A stretch of DNA of 64,000 nt from Candidatus Woesearchaeota archaeon (GTDB lineage: Archaea > Nanobdellota > Nanobdellia > SCGC-AAA011-G17 > JAGVZY01), in the NCBI GenBank assembly GCA_018302225.1, contig JAGVZY010000011.1:207-64206 (forward strand), given 5' to 3'. Position 1 is the first letter of the stretch, and every line of letters starts with the position of its first letter. The translations under genes and the position numbers were made by a program. Below, piece after piece: positions 19,224 through 32,147 of the stretch. Below the pieces are notes generated by a model. The model was not told where the DNA came from, made no database searches, and saw only the letters and a list, made by a program, of their open reading frames with translations.

Positions 19224-20054
19224 ATGAAACACACTTTAAAAATAACTTTAATTTTAGTTTTCTTATTCTTAATTATTCAAACAATAGGTATTTTTGTAAT
19301 TTCAAAGTATTATTCAACTGAAATCTCTGCATCTGGAGAAAAAATAGAAAAATTAAACAAATTACCCTATGATTTAGATTATCCTCAATTTGAAAGAGAA
19401 ACTTCATACATACCAATAATTATCTTATTTTTAATCGGAACGATATTTGCACTGATATTAGTCAGACTCAATGCAAATGTTTTGTGGAAATTTTGGTTTA
19501 TTTTCACAATTGCAATTACTTGTGCAATAGCTTTAACTCCATTCTTAGGAAGTTTAATTGCTGGAGTAATTGGAATAATATTAGCTTTACTAAAAGTTTT
19601 CAAAAGATCATTAATTACACACAATTTACCAGAATTAATTATGTATTCTGGATTAGCAGTCCTATTTTTTAATATTTTTTCAGTGATTTCAATAATAATT
19701 CTTCTTTTAGTTATTTCAGTTTATGATATGATTGCAGTCTGGAAAACAAAACACATGATAAAACTCGCAAAATATCAAACAAAACTAAAAGTGTTTGCAG
19801 GATTAATGATACTTTACGGAAAAAAATCTGAAAACTTTGCAATTCTTGGTGGAGGAGACATAGGATTTCCGTTAATTTTTGCAGCTGTATTATTCAGAGA
19901 TTATAGCTTTTATAGTCTTATAGTCTCATTTTTCGCAGGTTTAGGGTTATTAGCACTTTTATTATTAAGCAAAAAGAAAAAATTTTATCCTGCAATGCCG
20001 TTTATAATTGCGGGATGTCTAATTGGATTTGCAATTTTAAAAATTTTATTTTGA
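19224..20054 (+). CDS. Presenilin / signal-peptide-peptidase-like intramembrane aspartyl protease homolog
   Basis: Polytopic membrane protein with a YD motif (SVYDMIAVW), a GxGD motif (ILGGGDIGFPL) and a PAL-like motif (YPAMPF) in the order typical of presenilin homologs. Confidence 0.5.
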   Translation: MKHTLKITLILVFLFLIIQTIGIFVISKYYSTEISASGEKIEKLNKLPYDLDYPQFERETSYIPIIILFLIGTIFALILVRLNANVLWKFWFIFTIAITCAIALTPFLGSLIAGVIGIILALLKVFKRSLITHNLPELIMYSGLAVLFFNIFSVISIIILLLVISVYDMIAVWKTKHMIKLAKYQTKLKVFAGLMILYGKKSENFAILGGGDIGFPLIFAAVLFRDYSFYSLIVSFFAGLGLLALLLLSKKKKFYPAMPFIIAGCLIGFAILKILF

Positions 20055-20381
20055 TTTAGGATTATAAACTACCATTCTATCTAAATCAAATATTAATTTA
20101 TCTCCCTTATTTAAGATAACACCTGTTCTAAGTAAACAAATAGAAATTTTATTTGGAATAAAATATTTTTCAGATAAAAATCTTATTGAAGCTAAAATTC
20201 CTCCCGAACCAAAATTATCTAAAGCGTTTGCAAGTTTAATTGAACACTTATATTTTCCTTTTTCTTCTATCGCTTCTATAATTTTGGCATCTTTAATCAC
20301 TTTTCCTTGTAATAAATATCTTAAATAAGGCAAAACTTTTTTTTCTTGCATTACTCCAACTTTATACTCTGGAAGATACAT
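20046..20381 (-). CDS. Hypothetical protein
   Basis: 111-aa ORF. An in-frame stop lies upstream, so this is the full ORF. Confidence 0.35.
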   Translation of the reverse strand: MYLPEYKVGVMQEKKVLPYLRYLLQGKVIKDAKIIEAIEEKGKYKCSIKLANALDNFGSGGILASIRFLSEKYFIPNKISICLLRTGVILNKGDKLIFDLDRMVVYNPKSK

Positions 20382-20616
20382 ATTAAATGAAGGATAATTA
20401 TTAATATATTTTTCAAATTCTTTTTTATTTTGATTTGGAAAGATAACGGATCTGGAATAATTTCTTCTAAGCTAAATAAGTCTGTTCTTATCTTTGCAAA
20501 ACTATAGGCTATATGCTATATGAATAACTTAATTATCAAAAGAAGAAAATACTTCATCTATTTTTGAAGAGTCCCAATATTTAGTCTCTTTTAAAAAATC
20601 AATTAAATCAATCAGC

Positions 20617-21126
20617 TTAATATAAAACTCCAACTAATATATATTTTATATTGTCGAATCTTACTTTGATACCATCATTTTCAGTATTATTATCACCCTT
20701 AGTTACAAAATATTTTCCATAATCATCTTCACCAATTTTTATAACTCTATGAATAATTAAATTGCTTCCTTGCCCAAAAGCAATTATATCTCCTAATTTT
20801 ATTTCACTTTCAGAATTAGGAATAATTTCAATTCCTGTTGCACCTTTATCTATAAATGGATCCATAGAATTTGTATCTGCATAATTAGCTAATTCTGCAT
20901 TTTTTAAAGTAATATATACTCCATCAGAATAAACTTTAATGTCTTGATTTTGGATTCTATCTGCAGGAGAATACTGCTCGGGCGAATTCACAGAAAAAGG
21001 ATTTTGTACTCCAACAGAATATACTGAATTTGCATACCACCCAATTAAAATTAATAAAAAAGCCAAAACTACCTTTAAATTAAACAATTTCCCAAATATA
21101 GTTTTAATAAGCATTTTTGTTACCAT
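20617..21126 (-). CDS. Signal peptidase I (archaeal/eukaryotic S26B, Sec11-like)
   Basis: N-terminal TM anchor, SMDP box (archaeal SMEP-like) and HRVI box. Confidence 0.6.
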   Translation of the reverse strand: MVTKMLIKTIFGKLFNLKVVLAFLLILIGWYANSVYSVGVQNPFSVNSPEQYSPADRIQNQDIKVYSDGVYITLKNAELANYADTNSMDPFIDKGATGIEIIPNSESEIKLGDIIAFGQGSNLIIHRVIKIGEDDYGKYFVTKGDNNTENDGIKVRFDNIKYILVGVLY

Positions 21127-21302
21127 ACAATAGTAAATAATTCAACTATTTATAAGCTTTTCTACTTTTGAATTTTATAACCCAAGAAAGAGCTAAAAAA
21201 CCTTAAAAATCCATTTAACAAGCTTTTAAACATCTTTTTCAAAGGATACCCAAACCTTTAAATATTTGATTATACTCCAAAAATTAATCACGGAGGGAAA
21301 AT

Positions 21303-21605
21303 ATGGTAGGCGTATTAGTCAAATGCTCAAAATGTGGAAAGCATGTAGAAGCAAGTACTATAATTATAGGAAAAAACAAAGTAATAACCTGTAGAAATTG
21401 CAATTCTCAGTCTAATCCAGCACAAGATAATAAACCAAAAATACCCCCTAAAGAAAAATATGAGTGTGTGGATTGCGGTTATAAATTTTCAAGAACATCA
21501 GAGAGTAGACTCGCCTCAAGATGCCCTTATTGTAGTAGCTTAAGAGTAAGACCCTATGTTGGTAGAACTGCAAATGACCTTTTAAACGAGATAGATGAGG
21601 TTTAA
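21303..21605 (+). CDS. Double zinc-ribbon protein
   Basis: CSKCGK...CRNCN and CVDCG...CPYC Cys pairs. GGAGGG lies upstream. Confidence 0.5.
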   Translation: MVGVLVKCSKCGKHVEASTIIIGKNKVITCRNCNSQSNPAQDNKPKIPPKEKYECVDCGYKFSRTSESRLASRCPYCSSLRVRPYVGRTANDLLNEIDEV

Positions 21606-21657
21606 TCAACAATTCTAATTTAATTTTATAATAAAAGAAGAGATAAAGAGATTTAGT

Positions 21658-21978
21658 ATGTCTGAAAATAAACTTGTTAAAGAAAAAAAACCATTAAATA
21701 AGGATATCAACTCCTTATGCACAGAATTTATTAGTTATATTTCTAAAAAGCAATACAAAAAAGCAACCATTTTTTTAGATCATAATCCTGATTTATTGCC
21801 TCGTTTAGGCTATAATACTCTTTTTGCATATATTAGAATACTCAATGAAATACCAAAAACAAAACATTCAGAAAATTACAAAAATTTATACAATAAAATC
21901 CATAACTTTTTAGATTCAAGGTTAAGTAGTCATTCAGAAAGATTAAAAAATCAAGAGGACTTAGAAAGCAAATTCTGA
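21658..21978 (+). CDS. Hypothetical protein
   Basis: 106-aa ORF. Confidence 0.35.
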   Translation: MSENKLVKEKKPLNKDINSLCTEFISYISKKQYKKATIFLDHNPDLLPRLGYNTLFAYIRILNEIPKTKHSENYKNLYNKIHNFLDSRLSSHSERLKNQEDLESKF

Positions 21979-22157
21979 GTCATTAACCCTTAAAAAGCAA
22001 TTTTTCAACAAGTTATTTATAAACTTTTGTAAAAAACTCGATTTTTTAATGTTTTTCTGCATTTATAGACTCTATAAACCTATTTAAATACATTTTAGTT
22101 AATAGAAACCTTTTTAAACATACGAAATCTAATTCATTTGTTCTAAACATGGTTTAA

Positions 22158-25367
<3,210 letters not shown>

Positions 25368-25368
25368 A

Positions 25369-26022
25369 ATGGGAACTATAGCTTTTGATTATGATGGTGT
25401 AATTGTAGATAGTTTACAAGCCGCTTATCTAGTTTGGAAAAAAACAAGTGAAGAATTAAACGCCCCAATTAAAATAAGAACCTTAGAACAATTTAGAAAC
25501 TTCTCAAAAAATGATATTCTTGCTATGTTGAAGGATTTAGGTTTGCCCGAAAAAGATTTAAAAGAAAATCTAAGCAAACAAAAAGAAATATATCTCAAGG
25601 TTATGCAAATTCATTCACCTAAATTATTTAGCTGTATAGATCAGGTTTTATCAAAATTATATGAAAAATATGAATTAATTATAATAAGTGGTGCTAATCA
25701 AAAAATAATAGAACAAAAATTAAAAAATTATAAGTTAAATAATTTATTTAGTTATGTACAAGGAATTATAGATTTTAATAAAGTTAAACCTAATCCATAC
25801 CATATTAATCTTGCAATGAAAAAAGTTAATGTTCACCCTGAAAAGGTTATTTACCTTGGAGATACTATAGAAGATATACAAGCAGCAGGAATAGGTAATA
25901 TTATTGCTTGCTCCTACGGTTTTGGTTCTAAACAAGATTTAGAAAAAGAAAAACCTCATTTTATTGCAGATAGTCCATTAGATATACTCTCAAAAATCAA
26001 AGAAATAGAATATGCCAACTGA
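25369..26022 (+). CDS. HAD-superfamily hydrolase (phosphatase-like)
   Basis: Motif [11 protein letters not shown] and the downstream motif YLGDT..D. It sits between gyrB and gyrA and overlaps the gyrA start by 11 nt. Confidence 0.7.
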   Translation: MGTIAFDYDGVIVDSLQAAYLVWKKTSEELNAPIKIRTLEQFRNFSKNDILAMLKDLGLPEKDLKENLSKQKEIYLKVMQIHSPKLFSCIDQVLSKLYEKYELIIISGANQKIIEQKLKNYKLNNLFSYVQGIIDFNKVKPNPYHINLAMKKVNVHPEKVIYLGDTIEDIQAAGIGNIIACSYGFGSKQDLEKEKPHFIADSPLDILSKIKEIEYAN

Positions 26023-28423
26023 AATACAAAAAAGGATAATTGAAGATGAAATTAAAGAATCTTATCTAGATTATGCTATGAGTGTTATAGTTGGTAGAGC
26101 CTTACCAGATGCAAAAGATGGTTTAAAACCAGTTCATAGAAGAATTCTTTATGCAATGTACAAAGCAGGATTATTTCATGATAAAAAACATACAAAATGT
26201 GCAAGAATCGTTGGAGATGTTCTTGGAAAATATCATCCACATGGTGACTCTTCAGTTTATGAAGCATTAGTTAGAATGTCTCAAGATTTTTCATTGAGAT
26301 ACCCCTTAATAGATGGGCAAGGCAATTTCGGTTCTATAGATGGAGATTCAGCTGCAGCATATAGGTACACAGAAGCAAAACTAAAAAAAATTGCAGAAGA
26401 ATTACTCGAAGATATAGACAAAGAAACAGTTGATTTTACAGATAATTTTGATGGAACAACCCAAGAACCAATAATTCTTCCAGCAAAAATTCCTAATTTA
26501 CTTATCAACGGTTCAAGTGGTATTGCTGTAGGAATGGCTACAAACATTCCACCCCATAATATTACAGAAATTATGAATGCTCTAGTAGCAATGATTGATA
26601 ATCCTGAAATTAATATTAATGACTTAATAGAAATTGTAAAAGGACCTGATTTCCCAACTGGCGCAAGTATCTGTGGAACTTCTGGAATAAGAAGTGCTTA
26701 TATTACTGGAAGAGGAAGAATCGTTGTTAAATCAAGAACAAAAATAGAAGTTGAAAAAGATCAACAAAAAATTATAGTTACAGAAATTCCTTACATGGTA
26801 AATAAATCGTCATTAATACAAACAATGGCTAATTTAGTAGAAACAAAAGTTGTTGAAGGTATTACAGATTTAAGAGATGAAAGTGATAAAAGAGGTATTA
26901 GAATAGTTATAGAAGTTAAAAAAGGTGCTAGTCCCGAAGTTATTCTTAATCAATTATATAAACATACTCAATTAAAAGAAACATTTGGCGTTATTATGTT
27001 AGCTTTAGTTGATAACAAACCAGTTGTTCTAAATTTAAAACAAATGTTAGAACAATACATATTCCATAGAAAATATGTGGTTATTAAAAGAACGGAATTC
27101 GAACTTAAAAAAGCACAAGAACGTGCCCATATATTATTAGGATTAAAAATTGCACTTTCGGAAATAGATAATGTTGTTAAAACAATTAAATCTTCAAAAG
27201 ATGTTAATGTAGCACGTTCATTATTAATTGAAAATTTTACCTTAACTGAAATACAAGCAAATGCTATTCTTGATATGAAGTTGCAAAAATTAACTTCATT
27301 AGAAACTGAAAAATTAATGCAAGAACATGATGAATTAATGAAAATGATTGAACAATATAAAGAAATACTTGCTTCAGAATCAAAAATATTTGGGATTATA
27401 AAATCTGAAGTTATAGCAATCAGAGATAAATACCAAGATGAAAGAAGAACAGATATTATTGAAGAATTCAAAGAAACAGATGAAGAAGAATTAATAGAAG
27501 ATGAAGAAGTTGTTATAACCATCACACATTCAGGCTATGTTAAGAAAATACCTTTAGACACATACAAACAACAAAGAAGAGGTGGTGCAGGAGTTATTGC
27601 GACTGAAACAAATGAGGAAGATGTAGTAGAACAATTATTTACTTGTTCAACTAAAGATTATATCTTATTATTTACAAATAAAGGAAAAGCTCACTGGTTA
27701 AAAGCCTATCATATACCCACTGGAACAAGGTATGCAAAAGGAAAAGCTCTAATTAATTTAATTAAATTAGACCAAGGTGAACGTGTAACTTCAACTATTC
27801 CAATTAAAAGTTTTGACAAAGGTTATATTGTAATGATTACTAAAAAAGGTTTAATTAAAAAATGTTTCATAGACTTATTTGCTAATCCAAGATCAGGTGG
27901 AATTATAGCAATAAAACTTCGTGACAATGATGAATTAGTTAATGTTATTTTTACAGATGGATACAAAAAATTAATACTCGCAACTGCTAATGGTATGGCT
28001 ATAAGATTTGATGAAATAGACGCCAAACCAATTGGAAGAACTGCAATGGGTGTTAGAGCAATCTCTTTAAAAGGAGATGATGATGTTGTTTCAGCCTCTA
28101 TCTCAGAAGATAATACTACTGTTTTAACTATATGTGAAAATGGATTCGGAAAAAGAAGTCCAATTGAAGATTATAGACTAATCAAAAGAGGCGGTTCTGG
28201 AGTTATTAACATAAAAACAACTGACAGAAATGGTAAAGTTGTTGGTATGGTCACAGTAACAGATGAAGATGAGGTCATGTTTATTACCTCAAAAGGTGTA
28301 ATTATAAGAACACCTGTAAAAGGCATTTCAACTATTGGAAGAAACACAGCAGGAGTTAAATTAATGAACTCTAAATCCAATGATAAAGTAGTAAGTGTAA
28401 CTAAAATTGCTAAAGAAGATTAA
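26012..28423 (+). CDS. gyrA: DNA gyrase subunit A
   Basis: [28 protein letters not shown] with the active-site Tyr region, plus C-terminal beta-pinwheel repeats. Confidence 0.9.
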   Translation: MPTEIQKRIIEDEIKESYLDYAMSVIVGRALPDAKDGLKPVHRRILYAMYKAGLFHDKKHTKCARIVGDVLGKYHPHGDSSVYEALVRMSQDFSLRYPLIDGQGNFGSIDGDSAAAYRYTEAKLKKIAEELLEDIDKETVDFTDNFDGTTQEPIILPAKIPNLLINGSSGIAVGMATNIPPHNITEIMNALVAMIDNPEININDLIEIVKGPDFPTGASICGTSGIRSAYITGRGRIVVKSRTKIEVEKDQQKIIVTEIPYMVNKSSLIQTMANLVETKVVEGITDLRDESDKRGIRIVIEVKKGASPEVILNQLYKHTQLKETFGVIMLALVDNKPVVLNLKQMLEQYIFHRKYVVIKRTEFELKKAQERAHILLGLKIALSEIDNVVKTIKSSKDVNVARSLLIENFTLTEIQANAILDMKLQKLTSLETEKLMQEHDELMKMIEQYKEILASESKIFGIIKSEVIAIRDKYQDERRTDIIEEFKETDEEELIEDEEVVITITHSGYVKKIPLDTYKQQRRGGAGVIATETNEEDVVEQLFTCSTKDYILLFTNKGKAHWLKAYHIPTGTRYAKGKALINLIKLDQGERVTSTIPIKSFDKGYIVMITKKGLIKKCFIDLFANPRSGGIIAIKLRDNDELVNVIFTDGYKKLILATANGMAIRFDEIDAKPIGRTAMGVRAISLKGDDDVVSASISEDNTTVLTICENGFGKRSPIEDYRLIKRGGSGVINIKTTDRNGKVVGMVTVTDEDEVMFITSKGVIIRTPVKGISTIGRNTAGVKLMNSKSNDKVVSVTKIAKED

Positions 28424-28938
28424 ACAATTAACTTTTCTGCAACAATCAAAAACTCAGAAACTAGTTTTATAGTTCTTTCAACTTCATTCTTGGCATAATC
28501 TTTTTTTTCAAGCCCATAATTAATTTCATGTCTTTCGAGTCTTAAAATATTTAGTTCATTTATAAATTTCATTTCAATCTTATTAGAATACGCTTCTTTT
28601 ATATAAACCAAAATTGCATAATGGCTTCTTTCTTTAAATCCATCCTTAAAAAGTATTGCTCTTGAAGAATGAAACATAGCAGAATACGCATTAGAAACTG
28701 CATCTTCCATCATTTCAAGTTCAAAAAGTTTATTTGCTTTTTTTATTTTTTCCTTTGCAATTGCTAAAGAACTTCCAGGAAATATAAAATAATAGATTTT
28801 GAAAAGATAAAAGAAATGGGATATAGAAAAAATGTCTCTTTGTCTATTCATCTTTTTTTTAGAAAAGATATAAACCTCAACCTTTTTGCGAATATAGCCA
28901 ATGGAATTAAGCTTCAAGGATTCCTTGAGGTCTCCCAA
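28420..28938 (-). CDS. HEPN-domain protein (true start probably internal, ~MMEDAVS at 28713)
   Basis: The C-terminal ~100 aa form a HEPN-like helical bundle with an [10 protein letters not shown] (R-x-x-x-H) motif. The long N-terminal extension in the ORF track overlaps the divergent promoter region. Confidence 0.45.
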   Translation of the reverse strand: MGDLKESLKLNSIGYIRKKVEVYIFSKKKMNRQRDIFSISHFFYLFKIYYFIFPGSSLAIAKEKIKKANKLFELEMMEDAVSNAYSAMFHSSRAILFKDGFKERSHYAILVYIKEAYSNKIEMKFINELNILRLERHEINYGLEKKDYAKNEVERTIKLVSEFLIVAEKLIV

Positions 28939-29327
28939 TGAGAATAAAAAGACCGGACTATAAGGAGGCTACAAGTATTGCTTTAGAAGCAGAAAGACAA
29001 ATGAATTATACCTTAAGTTTACAAGTTAATGATTTGTCTGCGTTTACAATAGTAAGAAATATTTATGAATGTTTTAGAATGCTTGGAGATGCATTGTTGA
29101 TGATTAAAGGAATAAAAAGCAAAGATCATCTTGAAGCAATAAATGAAATTACAAAACTACACCTTAATACCAACAGACCAATAAGCGCAATAGACAATCT
29201 AAGAAGATTAAGGCACAATATAAATTATTATGGTTATCATTCAAGCATAGAAGAAGCACAGGATATATTAGATTTTGCAAAAGCTTGTTTTAATCCTGTC
29301 GTGAATGAAGTCAGAAAAAAATTATAA
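28938..29327 (+). CDS. HEPN-domain protein
   Basis: A 129-aa helical protein with an LRRLRHNINYYGY motif parallel to the neighbouring [10 protein letters not shown]. It is divergent from the other HEPN gene. Confidence 0.45.
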   Translation: MRIKRPDYKEATSIALEAERQMNYTLSLQVNDLSAFTIVRNIYECFRMLGDALLMIKGIKSKDHLEAINEITKLHLNTNRPISAIDNLRRLRHNINYYGYHSSIEEAQDILDFAKACFNPVVNEVRKKL

Positions 29328-30578
29328 TTACTCGACTAAGTTTCCATATCCAATTAATCTAAACCTATTTCCAATTCTTCTTGAAATAGTTATTCTATCT
29401 TCTTTATTGCAACAAATAGGTAACTTTAATTTTAACTTAAAATAATCTTTTCTTTGTTCAATTACTATACCAACAGTAGCAGATGAATTAACATTAAGCA
29501 TTAAAATTTCAGCTCTTTTTACTGGCTCTACAACAGTTTCTTCTTTTACACCAACAACTCTTTCAAGTAAAATTATTTTTAAATTTATTTCCTCTCTTGT
29601 CTCAGGCATCTTACCTTCAACACCAACTATACTTCCAATCAAAGTATCTGATTTTACAATAGAAGGATCCAATAATGTCAAAAGTGCAGAACTTCCACCA
29701 GGATGAATTTCTTTTATATCTTCTTCTCCTGTTCTTAAACCAACGATTTTGGTTTTCAAAGGTTCCCAGAAAACTCTGCCTTGCCTTTCAACTTTTCTTC
29801 CAGGCTTTATAATTATAGTATCATCAATTTTAAATTTTCCTTGTTTTAATGCTCCACCTAAAACTCCTCCAAACAATTTTTCTATTTTTGAACCAGGTCT
29901 ATTAATATCAAAAGACCTTGCAACAAAGAATAAAGGTTCTTTACTATCCTCTCTCTTTGGAGTTTTAAAAGTTTCTTGTATAGCATTAATTAATTTGTCA
30001 ATATTAATATTAAATTGTGCAGATATAGGAATAATAGGGGACTTTTCAGCAATTGTTCCCTTAACAAATTCTTTTATTTGTTTGTAGTTTTTAATTGCAT
30101 CTTCTTTAGAAACCAAATCAATTTTATTTTGAACTATGATTATATTTTTTAAACCAATTATTTCTAGAGCAGTTAAATGTTCTTTAGTTTGTGGCTGAGG
30201 ACAAATTTCTTCTGCAGATACTAATAATAAAGCAGCATCCATAATTGCAGCACCAGATAACATAGTAGCCATTAATGTTTCATGTCCGGGCGCATCAATA
30301 AAAGAAACTTTTCTTACAAATACTGCATCAGAACCACAATCAGGACATTTTGCCCTTGTAACAAATTTTTTACACTTTTTACATTCATAAATAGAAGCAT
30401 TTGCATAACCCAATCTTATTGTAATCCCCCTTTTAATTTCTTCAGAATGAGTGTCAGTCCATTTACCAGATAATTTAGAAACGAGGGTTGTTTTTCCGTG
30501 ATCAACATGTCCTACTAGGCCAATGTTAATTTCCGGTTGTATAATTTTATCTTGTTTAGGCATTAAAAAGACCACCAC
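29328..30578 (-). CDS. eif2g: Translation initiation factor aIF2 gamma subunit
   Basis: GHVDHGKTTL G-domain, a zinc ribbon CKKCKK...CPDCG inserted in the G domain, and downstream beta-barrel domains. Confidence 0.85.
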   Translation of the reverse strand: MVVFLMPKQDKIIQPEINIGLVGHVDHGKTTLVSKLSGKWTDTHSEEIKRGITIRLGYANASIYECKKCKKFVTRAKCPDCGSDAVFVRKVSFIDAPGHETLMATMLSGAAIMDAALLLVSAEEICPQPQTKEHLTALEIIGLKNIIIVQNKIDLVSKEDAIKNYKQIKEFVKGTIAEKSPIIPISAQFNINIDKLINAIQETFKTPKREDSKEPLFFVARSFDINRPGSKIEKLFGGVLGGALKQGKFKIDDTIIIKPGRKVERQGRVFWEPLKTKIVGLRTGEEDIKEIHPGGSSALLTLLDPSIVKSDTLIGSIVGVEGKMPETREEINLKIILLERVVGVKEETVVEPVKRAEILMLNVNSSATVGIVIEQRKDYFKLKLKLPICCNKEDRITISRRIGNRFRLIGYGNLVE

Positions 30579-30596
30579 TAAAATAATATTTTAATT

Positions 30597-31013
30597 TTAT
30601 TGAGCTTCAGCTTTTTCTTCTTTAACTTCTTTTTTTATTCCTAATGCATCTTCAATAGAATTATGTCCATATTTTAAGATTTTAATATTAATTTGTGCTG
30701 TTTTTTCATGAATAGTATTCATAGCAACTCTTTTTCTTTGAAATGTTCCCTTACCTTTTTGTGTCAAACCAGTTCCTTTAATAGCTAGAACCTTTCTTGT
30801 GCCTATCCCATTAACAGCCTTAACCATAGGAAATCCACAATAATCACTTCCCCCAGTTATTTCTAATTCATACCCTTCTAAGCCTATTAGATGACCACTT
30901 ATTTTATCGCCAATTTTATGGCCTACTAAGTTATTAGCATTTTCATCGGAAACTACCTTTTGGTAGGATTTATGTGATTTTGCATCTCCAATTACAACTT
31001 TAAATTCTGTCAT
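30597..31013 (-). CDS. rps6e: Ribosomal protein S6e
   Basis: The 138-aa sequence (GFPMVKAVNGIGTRKVLAIKGTGL...) is typical of archaeal S6e. Confidence 0.85.
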   Translation of the reverse strand: MTEFKVVIGDAKSHKSYQKVVSDENANNLVGHKIGDKISGHLIGLEGYELEITGGSDYCGFPMVKAVNGIGTRKVLAIKGTGLTQKGKGTFQRKRVAMNTIHEKTAQINIKILKYGHNSIEDALGIKKEVKEEKAEAQ

Positions 31014-31090
31014 TTTCAGCTATTGAATACTCCAATCTCTTTATAAAGATTTTGATATTAAACCAAGATTTTAAGCGTATTCTTTAACTT

Positions 31091-31136
31091 GTAACCCCTA
31101 AAAAAGAAACATTTATATATCTGTAACCCCTAAAAA
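31091..31136 (+). promoter_or_regulatory. Two direct GTAACCCCTAAAAA repeats (31091-31104 and 31123-31136) bracketing a TATA box (TTTATATAT, 31112-31120), directly upstream of a leaderless fic gene
   Basis: A CCCC-containing 14-mer repeated at 32-nt spacing in an AT-rich promoter. A third copy lies just after the fic stop codon at 32134-32145. Confidence 0.45.
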
Positions 31137-31140
31137 GATT

Positions 31141-32130
31141 ATGTTTATAGAAAAGAAAAAAATTGGAAAAAATAAATATATTTACTTAAGAATATCTTCA
31201 AGATTAGGAAATAAAACTAAGACTAAAACTGTTTCTTACTTAGGAAAAGAACCCCTTACAAAAAAACAAATAGATGAAAAAATATCTAAGATTCCTCAAT
31301 CTAAAATTAAAGAAATAGAATTAGAAATAAAAAGAGATTTAAAAAATAAAGAATTTAAAATAAATGAAGAGTTTCTAACAATAGAAGAACTCAAAAGATT
31401 AGATAATATACAAAAAGAATTCTCACAAAAATTAAAAAAATTAGACGATAAACTAATTGAAGATATGTTTAAAGATTTTAAAACAAGCTATATCCATAAT
31501 ACTACAGCTATAGAAGGGAATACTATTTCATTAAAAGAAACTAGTTTACTTATTAATGATAACCTCTCTCCGCAGGGAAAAGACTTAAAAGAAATTTATG
31601 ATTTAATTAATGAAAGAGAAACATTTAATTATATTCTTGAAGAAAAACCAGAAATTACATTGAAATCTATACTTTTAATCCATCAAAAACTTTTGAAAGA
31701 TATAGATTTAAGAACAGGCGAATTTAGAATACATAATATTAGAATACTTGGTTCAGAAGTCGAAACAACAGATTCTAAATTTATTTATACTGATTTAAAT
31801 ATTTTATTAAAATGGTATAAAAAAAATAAACCTTTGTTGAATCCATTAATACTTGCAGCCATATTTCATGAAAAATTTGAAAGAATACATCCTTTTTATG
31901 ATGGAAACGGAAGAACTGGAAGAATATTACTAAATTTAATTTTAATTAAAAATTCGTTTCCTCCTTTAATTATTGAAAATAGTAAAAGAAATAGTTATTA
32001 TGAAGTTTTAACTAAAGGACATAAAGCAGACCTCAATAAAACTCAAACTGAAGAATATAAACCAATAGTTAAATTTTGTTATTTTCAATTAATCGAAACT
32101 TATGAAAAAATCTTTGCCAAATGGGGTTAA
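31141..32130 (+). CDS. fic: Fic-family protein (filamentation induced by cAMP / AMPylase fold)
   Basis: Canonical Fic motif [12 protein letters not shown], embedded in a helical Fic domain. Confidence 0.8.
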   Translation: MFIEKKKIGKNKYIYLRISSRLGNKTKTKTVSYLGKEPLTKKQIDEKISKIPQSKIKEIELEIKRDLKNKEFKINEEFLTIEELKRLDNIQKEFSQKLKKLDDKLIEDMFKDFKTSYIHNTTAIEGNTISLKETSLLINDNLSPQGKDLKEIYDLINERETFNYILEEKPEITLKSILLIHQKLLKDIDLRTGEFRIHNIRILGSEVETTDSKFIYTDLNILLKWYKKNKPLLNPLILAAIFHEKFERIHPFYDGNGRTGRILLNLILIKNSFPPLIIENSKRNSYYEVLTKGHKADLNKTQTEEYKPIVKFCYFQLIETYEKIFAKWG

Positions 32131-32147
32131 TTTGTAACCCCTAAACT
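32117..32147 (+). repeat. Third GTAACCCCTAAA copy (32134-32145) within the inverted repeat GGGGTTA-atttg-TAACCCC, immediately 3' of the fic stop
   Basis: The 7-bp perfect inverted repeat forms a hairpin and shares the GTAACCCC core with the two upstream copies. Confidence 0.45.
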
